Positions 61,249-64,000 of a stretch of 64,000 bases of DNA are shown piece after piece. Both the position numbers and the translations under genes were made by a program. Below the pieces are notes generated by a model. The model did not search any database. It worked only from the letters and a program-made list of their open reading frames with translations, and was not told where the DNA came from. Source of the DNA: Burkholderiaceae bacterium (GTDB taxonomy: Bacteria; Pseudomonadota; Gammaproteobacteria; Burkholderiales; Burkholderiaceae_E); contig JAOSJU010000003.1 in assembly GCA_027493945.1 (NCBI GenBank), positions 22,078 through 86,077 on the forward strand, written 5' to 3'. Each line of letters starts with the position of its first letter. Positions within the stretch are counted from its first letter, which is position 1.

Positions 61249-61782
61249 GAGCCTGTGAAAGAATCCGTCACGCCCGCTCGTCCGTCCCGAACGGCGCCAC
61301 TCTTCGTTGCAAATGCTCGCCGTAGCCCGTGCTACGGCTGCGCTTTGCGCCTCGATTGACGCTGTTCGGGCCAGCCGCTCGGGCACGCCGGATTCATTCA
61401 CAGGCTCTGAGAGGGCCCGACCGGCCGTGCGCCTCGGCCCGGCGCCTCTCGCTGCGCTGCGCCCTGTCGCCCCTCGCCGCCCCGCGGCCCGGTGGGCGTA
61501 CGCGGCCTGGCCGCTGGCGGGCAACAGGCGAGCGGCGGGCTACCGAAAGCAAAATGGCGGGCCCCGCTCGTCCGCGCGAAGCGCGTACGAGGCGGGTGCC
61601 ATTTTGCGAGGTAGACGCCGGAAGCCCCGCGAAGCGGGGCCGAAGCCTCTTGCCCGCCAACGGCCGGGCCGCGTACGCCCACCGGGCCGCGGGGCGGCAA
61701 GGGGCGACAGGGCGCAGCGTAGCGAGAGGCGCCGGGCCGAGGCGCACGGCCGGTCGGGCCCTCTCAGTGCCGCGTCGGAGCG
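61230..61782. repeat. Large palindromic element between hslO and ftsB, including both stop codons
   Basis: Arm 61408-61529 is the reverse complement of ~61645-61766 (5 mismatches counted by eye). The repeat extends to 61230-61248 / 61764-61782; the spacer forms further hairpins. Confidence 0.85.
61249..61407. mobile_element. MITE-like element with terminal inverted repeats and a TGA target duplication
   Basis: GAGCCTGTGAAaGAATCCG ... CGGATTCaTTCACAGGCTC, flanked by TGA at 61246-61248 and 61408-61410. Confidence 0.7.
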
Positions 61783-62102
61783 GCCACCGCGGCGGTGCGG
61801 ATCTGTTCCTCGGAGGCGGGCCGGCGCGTGCCGGCCTCGTTGATCTGCACGAAGATCTCGCCCGGCTTGACCATGCCGAGCTCGTAGCGGGCCCGCTCCT
61901 CGAGCGCCTGCTTGCCGGCGCGCAGGTCGTCGACCTCGGCCTGCAACGCGCCGTTGCGCGAGGCCAGCCGCGCGTTGACCTCCTGCTGCCCATGCAGCTG
62001 GCGGTCGAGCTCCCAGACGCGCAGCCAGCCGCCCTTGCCCAGCCACAGCGGGTACTGGATCAGCACCAGCAGCAAAGCGAGAACGATGCCCAGCGTGCGC
62101 AT
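61764..62102 (-). CDS. ftsB: Cell division protein FtsB
   Basis: [12 protein letters not shown], coiled coil, [15 protein letters not shown]; downstream of eno. Confidence 0.93.
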   Translation of the reverse strand: MRTLGIVLALLLVLIQYPLWLGKGGWLRVWELDRQLHGQQEVNARLASRNGALQAEVDDLRAGKQALEERARYELGMVKPGEIFVQINEAGTRRPASEEQIRTAAVAAPTRH

Positions 62103-62142
62103 CCGGCTCGAGCTCCCTCGTTCGGGCGCGCCCCGCGCGCCT

Positions 62143-64000
<1,858 letters not shown>

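Noticed and set aside
61230-61782. CRISPR array, or protein-coding ORFs within the repeat region
   Set aside because: The repeats are inverted, not direct with spacers; no cas genes; the ORFs are mirror translations of the palindrome.

Overview
A 64-kb chromosomal segment of a high-GC Betaproteobacterium, Burkholderiales-like by gene order. It contains housekeeping blocks lysC-tilS-accA-alkA-cysS / ppi-lpxH-cysE-trmJ-suhB, bamC-dapA, trpS-yciO-PHP and hslO/ftsB-eno-kdsA. Four accessory regions interrupt these: (i) a visibly lower-GC catabolic islet at the left end (M29/NicX-like enzyme, DUF2889, phenylacetate-CoA-ligase-like gene, sigma54-type promoter) bordered by an IS1634-family remnant; (ii) a cysteine-desulfhydrase-like / Bug / UroD-like / Lrp cassette; (iii) a CrbS-type acetate-sensing cluster whose actP is reduced to a mini-gene by two in-frame deletions; (iv) an ~11-kb heme-copper oxidoreductase locus with a near-consensus FNR box. 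In (iv) subunit I has Gln in place of the cross-linked Tyr (eNOR-type NO reductase). It is accompanied by a second subunit-I paralogue lacking the CuB His-His pair, an atypical heme A synthase, and two cytochrome-b fusions (cyt b-2x[4Fe-4S]-MvhD/FlpD and cyt b-[2Fe-2S]-FAD/NAD reductase). This locus is the best candidate for an incompletely described system. A ~550-bp palindromic element supplies the identical C-terminus (APTRH*) to the convergent hslO and ftsB, and carries a nested MITE. About a dozen short indels and recurrent CCWGG->CCSGG changes point to an unpolished long-read assembly, so the frameshifts are probably not real pseudogenes. No rRNA, tRNA or CRISPR array was recognised. All product calls come from motif recognition by eye, not database searches.
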